The translations under genes and the position numbers were made by a program. The notes beneath the pieces were generated by a model. That model saw only the letters and a program-made list of their open reading frames with translations, had not been told where the DNA came from and ran no database searches. Below, piece after piece: positions 45,410-56,119 of a stretch of 64,000 nucleotides of DNA (position 1 is the first letter of the stretch; each line of letters begins with the position of its first letter). The DNA is taken from contig JAKLKB010000017.1 of NCBI GenBank assembly GCA_023150835.1, forward strand, positions 62,001-126,000, read 5' to 3'. The stretch is from Myxococcota bacterium. GTDB lineage: Bacteria; Myxococcota_C; UBA6777.

Positions 45410-47776
45410 ATGTCCAAAAAAAACAACCGTCCTTCCAAAGGAGCCGCCAATCCGCCGAAAAAAGGAGCCTCGTCATCCGTTTCGTCGGAGGCATCGCCAA
45501 CGCGAGCCTCGATCCCTCGCGAACAAGGATCCGCACACGCAACGGGCCAGACCTTGCGTTCTACGGAGACCTCCGAACCTACTGTATTCGCGTCATCGAA
45601 TGAAGAGGCTGCCTCCTTATCGAAGCAAGAGGCCGCCTCCTTATCGAAGCAAGAGGCTACATCCTTATCGAAGCAAGAGGCTGTACTGCCGCCGAAAAAA
45701 GGGGACGGGGTGTCTTCTTTGCAGCCACAAGCCTCTTCGGTGTGGGATGGTGCGGTCGTGTCGTGGGGGCAATGGTGGAAGTCGCCGTCTGTGGATGCGG
45801 ATGGGGTGGATGATCGGGCGATTCAATTTGCTTTGGTTGCGGTGTCGTTGTTGTTGTTTACCACGCAGCTTGGTTATGGGCTGTGGGATTGCTGGGAGCC
45901 GCATTATGCGGAGACGGCGCGCATGATGATCGTGCGCAAAGATTGGGTGCATCCGTATTGGTCTTACGCTTACTTTCTGTCCAAACCGATCTTGATGTTT
46001 TGGTACATGGCGGCCTCGATGTCCGTCTTTGGTATCAACGAATGGGCGGTGCGTTTGCCCTTTGCGTTGCATGCGGTGTTGTTGGTGTGGGGGGTGTATG
46101 TTGTGCTTGCGCGGCTGTATTCGTCGCGTGTCGGGGTCTTGGCTGCGGTGATCACCGCAACGGCTCCGTTGACGGGGTTTATGGGGCGACAAGCGCTTTC
46201 GGATATCTTGGTTGTCACTTATCTCACCCTTGCGATGGGCTTTTTGGCGTTGGCCTTGTTTGGTAGCAGGCCTTCACGGGAGGAGGCCGAACGTACGGGG
46301 CGCAGACCTCCTGTGCATCTGCCTTATTTGACGTTTTTTTATGCGTTGATCGGTTTGTCGTTGCTTGCCAAAGGGTTGCTTGGTCTTGGCATCGCGGGAG
46401 CGGTGTTTGTGGGATATCTGTTGTTCACCTTTGATCTCGATAGCTTGCGGCGTTTGCATATCCCGCGAGGGGCGATCTTGGTGGGGGTGATCGCTTTGCC
46501 TTGGTATATCCACATGAGTTTTTTTCCCGGGCGCAACATCGACGATCACAAGACTTTTTGGGATCGCTTTGTTTTGCACGACAACTTTTATCGTGTCTTT
46601 GGGGGGGTTCATGGTGAACGCGGCGACTTTGTGTATTTTGTTCGGCAGCTTGGGTATGGTTTGGGGCCTTGGTTGGCTTTTTTGCCGATGGGGTTGTTTG
46701 GTGTGGCGCGTTTTCGCGGGGGTGATGCGATGCAAGGGGGACTCTCTGTCCACGAGCAACTGCGGCGCTTTTTGTTGTCATGGTGGTTTGTCACCTTTGT
46801 TTTTCTGACGTTATCACAGACAAAGTTCCATCATTATGTCTTTCCCGTGATCCCGATCAGCGCCATCTTGATCGCTTTGTGGATCGATCGCTATTTGAGC
46901 GAGCCTTTTGATACAACCCAACGCTTCGCTTTGATCGCGATCTTCGGGATCTTGGCGATGGTGATGCGAGACTTTATCCACGAACCCAAGAGCCTTGTGA
47001 ATCTGTTTGTGTACAAATATGAACGTGCGTATCCTGCGGCAGATACGGCTTTATGGAGCATCGATGGGATATTGCAGAGCTTGGGTCTCAAAACCAAGAC
47101 GGGAAATTCTTGGGCGTTAACACCTGCGTTTGTTTTTCGCAATCTGTTTGTTCTGTTTGGTTTTGCCCTTGCTGTCGGCTTTTTTTATGAGATGCGCAAG
47201 GCGGCGATCGCTTTGTTTTGCGCTGCGGCTTTGTTGTTGACGATCTACAACACACACGTGTTTCTGGTGCGATTGAGCCAGCATTGGTCGCAAAAGCCGT
47301 TGTTTGAGACGCTGCAAAAACACAGTCCGCTATGGAAGCGCCTTCTTTCCGACAAAAACATCGACGCTCGCCAGCATCCGATCCCCGAAGAGCCGCTGTT
47401 TGCGTTCAAAATGAATTGGCGTGGTGAACAGTTTTACGCCTTAAACCACGACCTTCAGATCATGGGAACGAACGCTTATGCCCGTCTTTACGACGCGATC
47501 CAACGCCACCGACGCCCGGGACGCCCTGTGTTTTTCTTGACCGAAGCCGAGCGTTTCGATCAACTCAAACGCGGTGTCGGATCGTACGATGCGTCTCTCC
47601 TGCGCGTCATCGACAAATCCAACAACAAATACATCTTGGTCAAGCTTCTCCCCCGCAATGCCTCTGCCCCTCTTGACCTCCAACGCCTCGAACGCGACAA
47701 ACGAAATCGCGAATATTACGACAATTGGGTGCGCGATTGGCAGAAAAAGCAGCGTTTGAAAAATCAAAAAAAATAA
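45410..47776 (+). CDS. ArnT/PMT-family (GT-C) integral membrane glycosyltransferase
   Basis: GGAGGAG RBS; LWDCWEPHYAETARMM, SKPILMFW, EWAVRLP, LAKG, TKFHHYVFP; many TM helices; N-terminal 24 bp repeat (SLSKQEAA). Confidence 0.9.
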   Translation: MSKKNNRPSKGAANPPKKGASSSVSSEASPTRASIPREQGSAHATGQTLRSTETSEPTVFASSNEEAASLSKQEAASLSKQEATSLSKQEAVLPPKKGDGVSSLQPQASSVWDGAVVSWGQWWKSPSVDADGVDDRAIQFALVAVSLLLFTTQLGYGLWDCWEPHYAETARMMIVRKDWVHPYWSYAYFLSKPILMFWYMAASMSVFGINEWAVRLPFALHAVLLVWGVYVVLARLYSSRVGVLAAVITATAPLTGFMGRQALSDILVVTYLTLAMGFLALALFGSRPSREEAERTGRRPPVHLPYLTFFYALIGLSLLAKGLLGLGIAGAVFVGYLLFTFDLDSLRRLHIPRGAILVGVIALPWYIHMSFFPGRNIDDHKTFWDRFVLHDNFYRVFGGVHGERGDFVYFVRQLGYGLGPWLAFLPMGLFGVARFRGGDAMQGGLSVHEQLRRFLLSWWFVTFVFLTLSQTKFHHYVFPVIPISAILIALWIDRYLSEPFDTTQRFALIAIFGILAMVMRDFIHEPKSLVNLFVYKYERAYPAADTALWSIDGILQSLGLKTKTGNSWALTPAFVFRNLFVLFGFALAVGFFYEMRKAAIALFCAAALLLTIYNTHVFLVRLSQHWSQKPLFETLQKHSPLWKRLLSDKNIDARQHPIPEEPLFAFKMNWRGEQFYALNHDLQIMGTNAYARLYDAIQRHRRPGRPVFFLTEAERFDQLKRGVGSYDASLLRVIDKSNNKYILVKLLPRNASAPLDLQRLERDKRNREYYDNWVRDWQKKQRLKNQKK

Positions 47777-47812
47777 GGCGGAAACCTCGAAGGATGGCGG
47801 TGTGTTCTCGAT

Positions 47813-47875
47813 ACCCCTCACCCCCCCCGACCCCACCTCTCCCCGCGACGCTGCGCTGCGGGGCGAGGGGGGAGA
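47813..47875. repeat. Family C palindromic repeat / possible terminator between convergent genes
   Basis: CCCCTCACCCCCCCCGACCCCACCTCTCCCCGC..GCGGGGCGAGGGGG; related to CCCCCCACCCCAGCCCTCCCCCGTGAACAGGGGAGGGAG at 54417-54454. Confidence 0.55.
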
Positions 47876-48102
47876 AAAAAACGAAACGACCCCGTGTTGG
47901 ACTCTGTGGGCGATGGTGTTTCATCGCGCTCCTCGATGAAAATAAGCACAAGCACGAAGAAAAAACTGCGGTGCATCCGAGCGTTTGATTTTTTTGATCG
48001 TGCTTATGCGTAGGCGGGAGCGCTATCAAGCCAGCAACGATGCTGCTTGGAAGGGTGCGAACGCGGGATTTGGGAGCAACAACGAAAGCAGCGTTGCAAG
48101 GC

Positions 48103-48636
48103 TCAGGAGCGGGGCCGAAGGCACAAGGCGGCCTTAGAGAAGGGGGTTTCTTGTCGGATCACAAGTCCTTCGGGAGTCATCTGCGTGTGTTGTACGAGTT
48201 CTAAGCCTTGCCAAGGAAGAAAATACGTGGCTGCGTCATCTTCTTTGTCTACAAACCCGTGGCCTTTCCAAGGTGATCTCCACCACAAAAAGGGGAAGTA
48301 GCCTTGTTTTCCGCTGACGTCGAAGGTATAGCCATCTTCTTTGAGGTGGATGGTTTCTAGGCTGCGAAACAGGGTGATGCCGCCGAATGAAAGCTGTGTG
48401 ATGTGGAAGACCTCGTTGTGCTGGCCTCGGCTTGTGTAATCCATCAGGGTCGAAAAAGTGGGGAGCCTGTTTTGGCGGCAAAAAGAGTCGAGAAGCCGAA
48501 GCGTTTGTTTTTCTTTCCACCGCAAGGAGCTTGTACGAAGGCCCTCAGGATCGGTGATCTCAAGCTGAAAGGGACTCCACCAACGTCCCTGTTTGGCTTG
48601 AAAATAGCGGTGGTGTGGCGGAAGTGTGTTTGTCAA
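48103..48636 (-). CDS. Hypothetical protein
   Basis: 177 aa ORF with AAGGAG RBS directly downstream of the acyl-CoA ligase; beta-rich. Confidence 0.65.
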   Translation of the reverse strand: MTNTLPPHHRYFQAKQGRWWSPFQLEITDPEGLRTSSLRWKEKQTLRLLDSFCRQNRLPTFSTLMDYTSRGQHNEVFHITQLSFGGITLFRSLETIHLKEDGYTFDVSGKQGYFPFLWWRSPWKGHGFVDKEDDAATYFLPWQGLELVQHTQMTPEGLVIRQETPFSKAALCLRPRS

Positions 48637-48664
48637 GGCACGCTCCTTGGTGGGTGGGAGCAGA

Positions 48665-50464
48665 TCAGTCGTCTAGGCCGGCGTAGAAGGCTTCGATCTC
48701 GGCAGCATATTTTTCGTTGACGACGCGGCGTTTGATCTTTTGGGTGGGGGTGAGTTCGCCGCCTTCGATGGTAAAGTCGACGGGCAGGAGTGTGAATTTG
48801 CGGATGCTTTCGTAGCGTGCGAGGCTTTCGTTGGCTTTTTTCACCTCTGCATCGACGTATTGGATGAAGTCGTTGTGTTTGGCGAGTTGTTGAAGATCCG
48901 AGGGCCAACCGCGCTCTGCGGCCAATTTGGGCGCACGCTCGGGATCGAGCGTAAGCAAGGCCGCCATAAACTTGCGGCGGTCGCCGATCGCTACTGCTTG
49001 ACCGATGCCATCGATCTGGCGCAAGAGTTTTTCGATATTTTGTGGGGCGACGTTTTTTCCGCCAGCGGTGATGATCAAGTCTTTTTTGCGGTCGGTGATG
49101 CGGAGGAATCCATCGCTGTCGAACTCGCCGATATCGCCCGAATGCAGCCATCCGTTGTTGAGTGTTTCGCTCGTGGCTTCGGGGCTTTTGTAATATCCCA
49201 TAAAGACGTTATCGCCTTTGAAGATGATCTCGCCGTCTTCGGCGATCTTGACTTCGACGTCGGGAAAGGGTCGTCCGACCGTTCCGAGCTTGGTCCAACC
49301 GGGTTTGGGGCGATTGAACGTGGTGGGTCCCGTGCCTTCGGATTGTCCGTAGACTTCGTGGATGGGGATACCGATCGACAAGAAGAATTCGAGGACGTCA
49401 AGGCCGATAGGAGCAGCGCCGACGACCGCAACACGCAGCCGATCCAAGCCGAGGCCCGCGTGGATCTTACCGAGGATGCGGCTTGCAAGTTTGAACTGGA
49501 GGCCCAAGACGCCGCTCGGTGCGCCGTGTTGGAGCTTGTGGTAGCCCGCTTTGAGGGCGACTCCCCGCGCCCAACCGAGCAGCAGCTTTTTGATCCCCTT
49601 GGCTTCGGCAAACTTGCCTTCAAGCGCGGTTTTGAATTTTTCCCATACACGCGGAACACCGAGAAAGATCGTCGGTCGTGCTTTGGTCAGTGCATCGCGG
49701 ATCTGTTTGAGGTCGGCGCAGAAATAGGCCGGACTACCCGCCGAAAGAGGAACGTGGATCGTGAACATCTGCTCGGCGATGTGCGACAGCGGAAGATAAG
49801 AGACGTTGCAATCGTTTCCGTCCAATCCACCGACCAGATCAACGGCTTTCCCAGCGGTGAATGCAAGGTTGCGTTGGCTGAGCATGACGCCTTTGGGGGG
49901 GCCTGTGGTGCCGCTGGTGTAGATCAGCGTCGCAAGGTCGTTGTAGTCGATGCTGTCGACGCGCTTGTGGACTTCATCGGCTTTTTCATCGCCTTCTTTT
50001 AAGAAGTCTTCAAAGGAGACGACTTTTTCGTGTTTGATCTTGTCGGCGTCACGGATCATCACAAAGCGCTGAACGGCTTTGAGATCCTTGAGGATGGGGG
50101 CCACCGAAGCGTCCCACAGCTTTTTGCTTTCGATCACAAACACGATGGCTTCGCAGTGATTGACGATGTAGGCGGTTTGTTCGGGGGTGCTGGTTTGATA
50201 GACGCCTGCGGGTACGCCGCGAACCATCATGGCTCCGACATCGGCGATCACCCATTCAGGGCAGTTGTCGCCCATGATTGTCACAGCCCCACCGGGCTTG
50301 TGGCCGTATTTGATCAAGGCCCCACCGAATTTTTGGCACTGATCCCAGTATTCTTTCCATGTGATCATGCGCCATGCGTTGCCGGCTTGGCCGTATAATG
50401 CGGGCTGATTTGCTGATTTTTGTGCGTGCGCTCGAAAGCGGTCGATGACTGTATCGCGGGCCAC
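48665..50464 (-). CDS. Long-chain fatty acid-CoA ligase (AMP-binding)
   Basis: IYTSGTTGPPKGVMLS, SYLPLSHIAE, YGQSE, GWLHSGDIG, ITDRKKDLIITAGGKNVAP. Confidence 0.95.
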   Translation of the reverse strand: MARDTVIDRFRAHAQKSANQPALYGQAGNAWRMITWKEYWDQCQKFGGALIKYGHKPGGAVTIMGDNCPEWVIADVGAMMVRGVPAGVYQTSTPEQTAYIVNHCEAIVFVIESKKLWDASVAPILKDLKAVQRFVMIRDADKIKHEKVVSFEDFLKEGDEKADEVHKRVDSIDYNDLATLIYTSGTTGPPKGVMLSQRNLAFTAGKAVDLVGGLDGNDCNVSYLPLSHIAEQMFTIHVPLSAGSPAYFCADLKQIRDALTKARPTIFLGVPRVWEKFKTALEGKFAEAKGIKKLLLGWARGVALKAGYHKLQHGAPSGVLGLQFKLASRILGKIHAGLGLDRLRVAVVGAAPIGLDVLEFFLSIGIPIHEVYGQSEGTGPTTFNRPKPGWTKLGTVGRPFPDVEVKIAEDGEIIFKGDNVFMGYYKSPEATSETLNNGWLHSGDIGEFDSDGFLRITDRKKDLIITAGGKNVAPQNIEKLLRQIDGIGQAVAIGDRRKFMAALLTLDPERAPKLAAERGWPSDLQQLAKHNDFIQYVDAEVKKANESLARYESIRKFTLLPVDFTIEGGELTPTQKIKRRVVNEKYAAEIEAFYAGLDD

Positions 50465-50859
50465 TTCCCTCTCCTTTGTGGTTTACGTGATGTATTTGCC
50501 CTGTGATGGGGGCGTTTGCGATCGCCGTCCATCGGTGCGGATTCCATCCCGACACAGGCAGGGGTGTTGCGAGGCGGTGAACCAAGCGAACGTCCTGTTG
50601 GCGCTCAGTACAAGCAACGAGATCACAGGTTGCGTATAAGCCGCTTTGTATTGATGATCCATGCGGCTTCCCTCAAGGGCCTTATCGTATGCAATTCGCC
50701 GAAACAAGCAACCTTCTTTTTTGTGATGGGGTGTGTGCTTTGTTTGCGGCGTGGTGCGTACGATCGAGGCATAGCGTGTGCAGGAGGGCGCAGCATGGAC
50801 GCCGAGAGGCGCGGGTGATGGAAGTGCTTTGGAATGTGCGGATGGAAGGGAGATATCGG

Positions 50860-52158
50860 ATGTCATTGAAGCAGTGGGTAAGACAAGCGCGTGGGGTGCA
50901 AGCGAGTGATCTGCATTTGGAAGCGGGGATGCCGTTGATGGTGCGAGTGCGTGGGCAGTTGCAGCCGATCGGAGGGGCGATTGGAGGGGCTGCGTTGTTG
51001 GAGGCGGCGCGTGGGTTGTTGGGGGAGGCGTGGCCGTTATTTTTACAGCAGCGATCGTACGATCTGGCCCAAACCATCGGCGGAGTGCGTTGTCGCGTCA
51101 ACGTGTTACAAAGTGTGCGGGGAGTGGGGTTTGCGATCCGACTGATGTCTGCGCAACAACCGACGGTTGAGAGCTTGAATCTGCACCCCGTGTTGCGTGA
51201 GATCGCGGCCTTGCCGCACGGATTGGTGTTGGTGTCAGGCCCCACAGGAAGCGGCAAGTCTTCGACTTTGGCGGCGATGGTGCAGGAGATTAACGTGCAT
51301 CGGGCGTGTCATATTGTCACGATCGAACATCCGATCGAGTTCTTCTTGTCGCCTGTGCGATCGTTGATCAGGCAGCGCGAAGTGGGGCGAGACACGCCTT
51401 CGGTGGAGCGCGCATTGATCGATGCGATGCGCGAAGATCCCGACGTGTTGATGGTGGGGGAGATGCGCGATCCCGAGACCATGCGGCAGACCCTCAATGC
51501 TGCAGAGACCGGCCATCTGGTGTTTGCGACAGTTCATTCCTCAAGCTGCGCAGAAGCTTTACAACGCCTTGTCTCGGCTTTTTCTCCTGAGATCCAAGCG
51601 GGTGTGCGTACGCAGTTGGCGGATTGTTTGCAGGCGGTGGTCTGCCAACGCCTGTTGTATCGGGAAGATCTGGATCTGCGCGTTCCTGAATGTGAGATCA
51701 TCCGAGGTTCTTCTGCGGTGCGCAATCTTGTGCGCGAAGGGCAATTTTTCAAGCTGCTTTCTGTTATGGAAACGGGGGCGCGTGAGGGGATGTGGAGCTT
51801 TGAGCGTTATCGCGCTTGGCTCTTGCAACGTACGCAATGGTCATGGCCGCAAGCACAAGATGAAGCGAGTCTTTCTGTGGACGACGAGATCGGGGCTTAT
51901 GCCTTGCCATCGTTGTCTTTCTCGGATGGTGCGGGGCCTGCCAAGCCGCTCGGAAACCTCCATCACACCGAGGCAAACGCTACTTCTCCTGCTCCGCCTG
52001 CAACCAAAACACCGTACATGGGCGGAGGACGGGTCTCTCGGATTTCTCACTCCCCACCGTCTCCACACAAGTCCACCGACGAAGAGGACGAAGTCATCGA
52101 GATCCAAGCTCTCGATGACGACTTGAATTCGCTGATTAAGGCGCTCGAAAAACGCTGA
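50860..52158 (+). CDS. PilT/PilU-family type IV pilus retraction ATPase paralogue
   Basis: ASDLHL, GPTGSGKSST, TIEHPIE, REDPDVLMVGEMRD, AETGHLVFATVH, AVRNLVRE. Confidence 0.92.
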   Translation: MSLKQWVRQARGVQASDLHLEAGMPLMVRVRGQLQPIGGAIGGAALLEAARGLLGEAWPLFLQQRSYDLAQTIGGVRCRVNVLQSVRGVGFAIRLMSAQQPTVESLNLHPVLREIAALPHGLVLVSGPTGSGKSSTLAAMVQEINVHRACHIVTIEHPIEFFLSPVRSLIRQREVGRDTPSVERALIDAMREDPDVLMVGEMRDPETMRQTLNAAETGHLVFATVHSSSCAEALQRLVSAFSPEIQAGVRTQLADCLQAVVCQRLLYREDLDLRVPECEIIRGSSAVRNLVREGQFFKLLSVMETGAREGMWSFERYRAWLLQRTQWSWPQAQDEASLSVDDEIGAYALPSLSFSDGAGPAKPLGNLHHTEANATSPAPPATKTPYMGGGRVSRISHSPPSPHKSTDEEDEVIEIQALDDDLNSLIKALEKR

Positions 52159-52163
52159 GAAGA

Positions 52164-53996
52164 TCAAGGCTTGGTCAGGGCGCGTTGCAAGAGGTCGCAG
52201 CGGTCGGTGCGTACGCCTTGGAGCATGGCAAGCGGTTCGTCGAGTTGTAGGGCGTTGTCTTTTTGTGGATCGTAGGCATTCCACGCAAAGGCTGGTAGTG
52301 TCGGCCCGTTGGGGTCTTTGTGTAGGGCGAGGCGGCTCCAATAGCGCATCATGTCGTTGGATATCTTGAGGTCGGTGGGGTCGGGCGTGAACAGCGGGAT
52401 ATCGATCAGGCTTTGGAAGACATACAACAATTCGATGCCGTGGGCTGCCTTGCCTTCGCGGTTGGGGAGTTTGGGTCGGCGGGAGAAGAAATACCGCCAG
52501 ACCGAGGCTTGTTGGTTTTGTGCGAGGTTTTTGGTGAGGACGCGGGTGGGGCAAGTGAAGGCCAGATCCGTCAGCAGATCGACCAACGCATCGCGTGGTG
52601 TCGGATACTTGCCTGCATCGTACATCTTGAGGATGGCGTCGATATCGGTAGGACTGGCCGTTTTGAGCAGGTTTTTGACGTACGTTTCGTAGGCGGCTTG
52701 GGTGGGAACTTGGATGGTGGGAGACAGCAAAGACTCGTATTCATCGGCGTTCGAGCCGATCACAACGGGGACTGCGTTATGTTCTTTGGCGAGGATGGTT
52801 TGTGTGGGGTGTTTGAGAAAGGCGTATCCGTCGATGATCGGGCCATAATCGCGGTCGGTTCCTCCAAATTCAAGGCGCGTGATGGCGATATCTGCGGGGA
52901 AGATCTGGGCGATCTCGCTGGCATCTTTGCCTCGCAAACAAGCGAGGCGATCCGCTGCGTCTTTGCAATTGCTTTGATCGAGTCGTTTCGTTCCGTTGGC
53001 TTCGGCGATCTTGGATTCGACGGCTCCACACCCACCGCTTTGCATCAAAGCCGCGTGAAACAGGCCCTTTGAGAGAGGCGACGCAAGATGGGCGCAGACG
53101 TTCACGGCCCCTGCGGACTCACCAAAGATCATCACTTGATCGGGATCCCCACCAAAGGCGAGGATCTGTTGTTGAACCCATCGCAGCGCAAAGACTTGAT
53201 CCAAAAAGCCGTAGTTTCCGGACGTTTTGTGAGGGGATTCTTTGGCGAGTTCGGGTAAGGCCAGATAACCGAGTGCTGCGAGGCGGTAGTTGATCGTGAC
53301 GACGACAACATTGTGCTGTTTGGCGAGATGTTTTCCGTTGTAGATCAAAACGCTGCCGAGGTTGGTTTCGCTGCTTGCGCCTTGGACGTTTCCGCCACCG
53401 TGTATGAAAAACATCACAGGTCGGGGCTGTTGGGGCGTGGCTTGGGCGGGCCGCCAGATGTTCAGGGTCAAGCAGTCTTCCGCGCCGCTGCTGCGGTTGG
53501 TTCGGATATCCACTTGGGCGCAAGCACTTCCAAAAGAAGCCGAGGGGCGGATCTCTTTCCAACATGCGGGAGGTTGGGGAGCCTTCCAACGCAATGCACC
53601 GAGCGGCGGGGCCGCATAAGGGATGCCTTTGTAGCTCCACACGCCGTCCTCTTGTGAACCGCGCACCGTCCCGTAAGTCATCGCGATATCGCCGTCTTGT
53701 TCGGGCTTGGTCGTTTGGCAAGTGATCGTGTCAGGTGTGGTTTCTGCTGTCGCCTCAGGAGATATCTCAGGCGTGGTTTCTGCTGTTGCTTCGGGGGATA
53801 TCTCAGCGGTGGTTTCTGCCGTTGTTTCGGTGGCATCGGGGGATGCTTCTTGTGTTTTCTCGATGTCCGAATCAGACACGATCTCTTCGCTGCCATCGGG
53901 CTGTGGCGTACTTTGTGGGCATCCGATCTGTGTCGATACAAGCCACGCCAAGCAGAGCGCCAAGGCCAGCGAGGGCCTCCAATCCATACGAAACAT
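52164..53996 (-). CDS. Type B carboxylesterase, lipoprotein
   Basis: Lipobox QIGC; Thr/Glu linker; KGIPYAAPP, EDCLTLNIW, IHGGG, FGESAG, HGIEL. Confidence 0.93.
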   Translation of the reverse strand: MFRMDWRPSLALALCLAWLVSTQIGCPQSTPQPDGSEEIVSDSDIEKTQEASPDATETTAETTAEISPEATAETTPEISPEATAETTPDTITCQTTKPEQDGDIAMTYGTVRGSQEDGVWSYKGIPYAAPPLGALRWKAPQPPACWKEIRPSASFGSACAQVDIRTNRSSGAEDCLTLNIWRPAQATPQQPRPVMFFIHGGGNVQGASSETNLGSVLIYNGKHLAKQHNVVVVTINYRLAALGYLALPELAKESPHKTSGNYGFLDQVFALRWVQQQILAFGGDPDQVMIFGESAGAVNVCAHLASPLSKGLFHAALMQSGGCGAVESKIAEANGTKRLDQSNCKDAADRLACLRGKDASEIAQIFPADIAITRLEFGGTDRDYGPIIDGYAFLKHPTQTILAKEHNAVPVVIGSNADEYESLLSPTIQVPTQAAYETYVKNLLKTASPTDIDAILKMYDAGKYPTPRDALVDLLTDLAFTCPTRVLTKNLAQNQQASVWRYFFSRRPKLPNREGKAAHGIELLYVFQSLIDIPLFTPDPTDLKISNDMMRYWSRLALHKDPNGPTLPAFAWNAYDPQKDNALQLDEPLAMLQGVRTDRCDLLQRALTKP

Positions 53997-54077
53997 CGTT
54001 GTAATTCCTTTCTTCTCAGAAGTGATACGATATCCGAGTGATCTGTGATCGAAGGAGAGCGCGAAGACGCCCTGTGC

Positions 54078-54656
54078 TTGGGCAGCCACACCTGTCTGCC
54101 CCTACATTTTTACGATCACGCAACGGGCGGATTTCGTATGATGCGGACTGTTGGAGGGTATCTGTGAGGATTTGACCCGCGTCCCATCCGTCGATCCGCC
54201 AAAATCAGCGGGTTATCGATCATCGGCAAGGCTTCTTGTTCGGTTGAGCGGTTTGGTTGATCTTCGGCAAGGAAGCCGTGATCGCGAACGTCCAAGCGAC
54301 AGAGTCGTTGTGTTGAAAACCTGTGCTGTCTTCGCCAAATACGGGGTCCATAGAGCCGCACTCCCTTGTGGGGTGTGGGGTGAAACCCCATAGGCGTTAG
54401 GTTAAGCGCTTGTTGGCCCCCCACCCCAGCCCTCCCCCGTGAACAGGGGAGGGAGCGAAAGTCGGAAGCAGCGGGGATGTTGTTTTTTCGTGACGCACGC
54501 TGTATGCACGAGACGCAGACGCTACGTTCACGGGGGGATTGAGGGGGGGCCAACACCCAAAACGGCGATCATCCTCGACCCTCCGGTGTTTCCACCTTAA
54601 CCTAGCGCGTGTGGGGTGAAACCCCACAAAATAAATTGGAACGGTGTAAGTCCTAG
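54078..54656. repeat. Composite repeat cluster (family B 54078-54105, family A copy 5 54266-54392, family C 54417-54454, family A end fragment 54608-54632, inverted-repeat remnant GTAAGTCCTA ~54646-54655)
   Basis: Direct matches to the other copies listed. Confidence 0.8.
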
Positions 54657-54671
54657 GAAAAGGAGAACGAG

Positions 54672-55658
54672 TTGAAGCCGATACGTTTTGTGGGTCGTTT
54701 TGTGGAGATGCCGTTGTATGGGATATTTCGGAGGTTGCAGGCGGAGATGGAGGTGTGGCGGGTGGGAGATCCGCCGATAGCCTTTGATGTGGTGGATCCC
54801 GATGCTTCGGTGGTTCACTACACAGGCGAAGTATTGGAGAATGGGGCGATCTATCGGTCGTATCGTTGTTGGTTGGAGCTTTGCGAGCAGTTGGATGCGC
54901 GATTTTTGACGCCGCAAGTGTTGGGGGATGGTTTTGTGCGCTTGCGGATCTTGCCGCTGGGTTTCGGAGATTCGTGGCATGAACGCGCCCGTCCATCGGG
55001 GGATCGCGAAAAGTATGGCGCGCATACAGAGTTTTCGCGGATCGATAAGCTTGAGGAGCCTTCTTTTCTTGTGGATTATGTCGATGCGTTGGAGCGGCTG
55101 GAGCTTCCTGAGGCTGCGGAGATCTTGGATCTGGGCATCAACAAGGGAGACGAGTTTGCGATCTTTTCGCAGCTTTATCCGCCTTCTGTGTATGAGACGA
55201 TGCGTTTTGTCGGGGTGGATCATGCGTCTTCGGCGCTTGCTGTGGCGCGGACTCGGTTTCCTTCGGAGCGATTCCGTTGGATTGACGCGGATCTCAACGA
55301 TCTAGCGTCGCTTGGGTTGGGGCGCTACGATCTGATCGTCAGCATCGCGACCTTGCACAGTCCTGCGCTGCGCTCGCGTGAGATCTTCCACGATCTTGTG
55401 CGCCTTCATCTCAAACCAACAGGCCACATTATCCTCGGATTCCCGAACTGCCGCTATCTCGATCACGAGATCCGTTGTGGCGCAAAAATGAAAAACTACA
55501 CACGCCCCGAACTCTCCGTCTTGTTTCACGAAGTCGCCTACCACAAGCGCTACCTCCAACAGCATCGTTTTCGTGTGACGGTGACAGGAAAACATACGCT
55601 GCTGCTGACGGGAAAGCGCCTACCTGCGGCTTCTTTGGAGCAGGATGTCGCAGAGTAG
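54672..55658 (+). CDS. Class I SAM-dependent methyltransferase
   Basis: AGGAG RBS before TTG; ILDLGINKG, FVGVD, YDLIVS motifs. Confidence 0.8.
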   Translation: MKPIRFVGRFVEMPLYGIFRRLQAEMEVWRVGDPPIAFDVVDPDASVVHYTGEVLENGAIYRSYRCWLELCEQLDARFLTPQVLGDGFVRLRILPLGFGDSWHERARPSGDREKYGAHTEFSRIDKLEEPSFLVDYVDALERLELPEAAEILDLGINKGDEFAIFSQLYPPSVYETMRFVGVDHASSALAVARTRFPSERFRWIDADLNDLASLGLGRYDLIVSIATLHSPALRSREIFHDLVRLHLKPTGHIILGFPNCRYLDHEIRCGAKMKNYTRPELSVLFHEVAYHKRYLQQHRFRVTVTGKHTLLLTGKRLPAASLEQDVAE

Positions 55659-55718
55659 CGCGCAAGAGAGCACCCCAAAAAGCGAGCGCTTTTCGACTCA
55701 ACTCGGCTCCGTATCGGA

Positions 55719-56100
55719 TAGGACTTACACAGTTCGATACGAAAAAGGCCCATGTTCGGGCGTGGGTGGTTCGCGAACCGCCCCTACAACGTTCTGATAT
55801 CTCAGGGTTTCCCTTTTCAACTGCGTAATCCGAAATCCGCCCAGAGTATGATCGTAAAGAAGTAGGGGCAGCCCCCTGTGGCTGCCCAAGAATCGGGCAT
55901 CTACGCACTCTCCTACGATCACACATCTCACGGATATCGTATAAGTCCTATCGGAGTGATCTGAAGACAAAAAAACCCGTGTTCGCGATGTTTCAAGCGA
56001 CAGCGTGCTTGGTTTGAAAAACCTCCGATCTCTTCGCCAATACGGGGTCAAGGGGACGTCGGTCCCTTGCGGGGCGTGGGGTGGCACCCCACAAGAACAA
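55719..56100. repeat. Composite repeat cluster (TAGGACTTACAC ends, GTAG-type REPs 55757-55787 and 55862-55917, family A copy 6 55966-56100)
   Basis: GGGTGGTTCGCGAACCGCCCCTAC; GTAGGGGCAGCCCCCTGTGGCTGCCC; family A core. Confidence 0.8.
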
Positions 56101-56119
56101 ACCCGATCGCGCAGGCTTC

